A stretch of 60,934 nt of DNA, the filler included, from Candidatus Omnitrophota bacterium (GTDB taxonomy: Bacteria > Omnitrophota > Gorgyraeia > Zapsychrales > Zapsychraceae), in assembly GCA_015233495.1 (NCBI GenBank). It is 4 parts of 4 records of this genome, joined end to end, with 100 filler letters (N's around TTAATTAATTAA, not from the genome) between each part and the next. Parts side by side here need not be neighbours in the genome. Positions count along the whole stretch, not along the records: positions 46,078 to 60,934 come from JADFXQ010000045.1; 3 more parts are not named here. One strand, given 5' to 3'. The notes below the pieces were generated by a model. That model ran no database searches and was not told the DNA's origin. It saw nothing but the letters and a program-made list of their open reading frames with translations. Positions within the stretch are counted from its first letter, which is position 1. Every line of letters starts with the position of its first letter. Shown here one piece after another: positions 59,970-60,934 of this stretch. A program made the translations under genes and the position numbers.

Positions 59970-60313
59970 AGTGTCAATTCGAATATGTTCGCTAACCAGA
60001 AATACGAATATCGCTAAACCGGCATATTCCGCTCGATCGAAATTGGGGGAAGTTAACCAGCAATTAAAGTATAGCATCTTTAACGCCGCTCCGCCCAACA
60101 ATCGATCAATGTACAGCGGTGAAGAACCGCTCCTATTTTTAATGGCAAATTTTTAGTATTTTTCCGTAGAGAAAATCAACAAATTGCGAAGGCAAATCAT
60201 CCCTCCCGCAAAATCACCGCAAAAAAATATTTTGTGTTTATTTTAAAAATCGGATAAGATTTTTTGGCTGTCTTACCGCAGCCGGGGGGTATCGCGGTCG
60301 AACATCGTTCTTT

Positions 60314-60934
60314 TTACGAAGAATCCCAGCACAAGCGGATTTGAATCCGCGGGGGATGCGGCGGTTTTTCAAAAACCAAATAACGAAAATGTTCGAATAG
60401 CCTTTGGCTAAAGTCACGCAGACTGCCAAAGCTCCTGACCGCGATCAACGATCCGCGCTCAATCAATTGGTTGATTGTGTGTGCGATGTTGATCAGGGCA
60501 TGCCAAATTTTCATGCTCACTTCGTCTCTGGAATAAAGATGTTCTAAACGATATCCCTCATTTTTTTGCGTGTTGTTGCCTTCGTTTTCAATCTTCCATC
60601 GGCACCTCCCGGCCCGCGCCAGCGGCCTCACGGTTGATTCGCCCAAGTTTAAACCCCCGCTGACCAACCATGTGTAATCGCAATTTTGCCGTCCGTCTTG
60701 CGTTTCCTTGCATTTTAAAACATTAAATATCCGTCGCTGATCCCAATGCCGCAAATTGGTAATCCATTTATATTCCGTTGTCTTCACGACCCGGCGGCGC
60801 TCGTTCTTTGGTTTTGCCCGAACCAACCGATCGCTGTGACTGCGGCTATGCCGGGCCTCAATATCTTTTTTCTCTTCGTCGATCAATGTTTTTTCCATGC
60901 CCGGAAAACGCCGCTTGATCATTTCAATCCACTG
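60314..60934 (-). mobile_element. DDE transposase (IS4-like/ISNCY), C-terminal part
   Basis: WITNL, GRCRWKIENEGNNTQKN.GY.LEH: R-W-x-I-E catalytic helix; runs off the window. Confidence 0.82.

Noticed and set aside
59970..60101. ORF-track N-terminal extension of the DUF4838-like gene
   Set aside because: The signal-peptide-like sequence starts at 59969; the extension has no recognisable features.

Overview
The window is four unrelated ~15 kb contigs of a draft or metagenome-assembled bacterial genome, joined by artificial N44-TTAATTAATTAA-N44 linkers (15407-15506, 30845-30944, 45978-46077). Adjacency across a linker is meaningless. Gene content suggests Ca. Omnitrophota (PVC superphylum); this is inference, not a computed assignment. 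Contig 1 has two converging IS66 pieces, an IS-truncated histidine kinase followed by four receiver-domain genes, an XRE-cupin regulator, and housekeeping/envelope genes (NUDIX, TMTC-like TPR glycosyltransferase, mcsA, yidD, lgt, PIN-PhoH, exbBD). Contig 2 is a stress/envelope island with small membrane proteins, a GtrA-glycosidase fusion, a frameshifted ACP, a GT4-phosphatase-EEP triple fusion, a radical SAM enzyme and a GGDEF gene. Contig 3 has rng, a type IV pilus cluster (pilMNOPQ, minor pilins, two major-type pilins, one behind a c-di-GMP-I riboswitch), GT4/FkbM, an orphan MamK/Mad28-like actin with a coiled-coil partner, and acr3. Contig 4 holds the best candidate for an undescribed system: a cellulosome-like cohesin-dockerin locus. 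It encodes a ~2350-aa secreted protein with one N-terminal cohesin on 23 Ig/cadherin-like repeats, clustered with three dockerin-bearing genes (two glycoside-hydrolase-like). Two of these genes each sit behind a c-di-GMP-I riboswitch; the two aptamers share an identical 44-nt core but carry different repeat-element insertions. All family calls come from motif recognition by eye; no searches were run.
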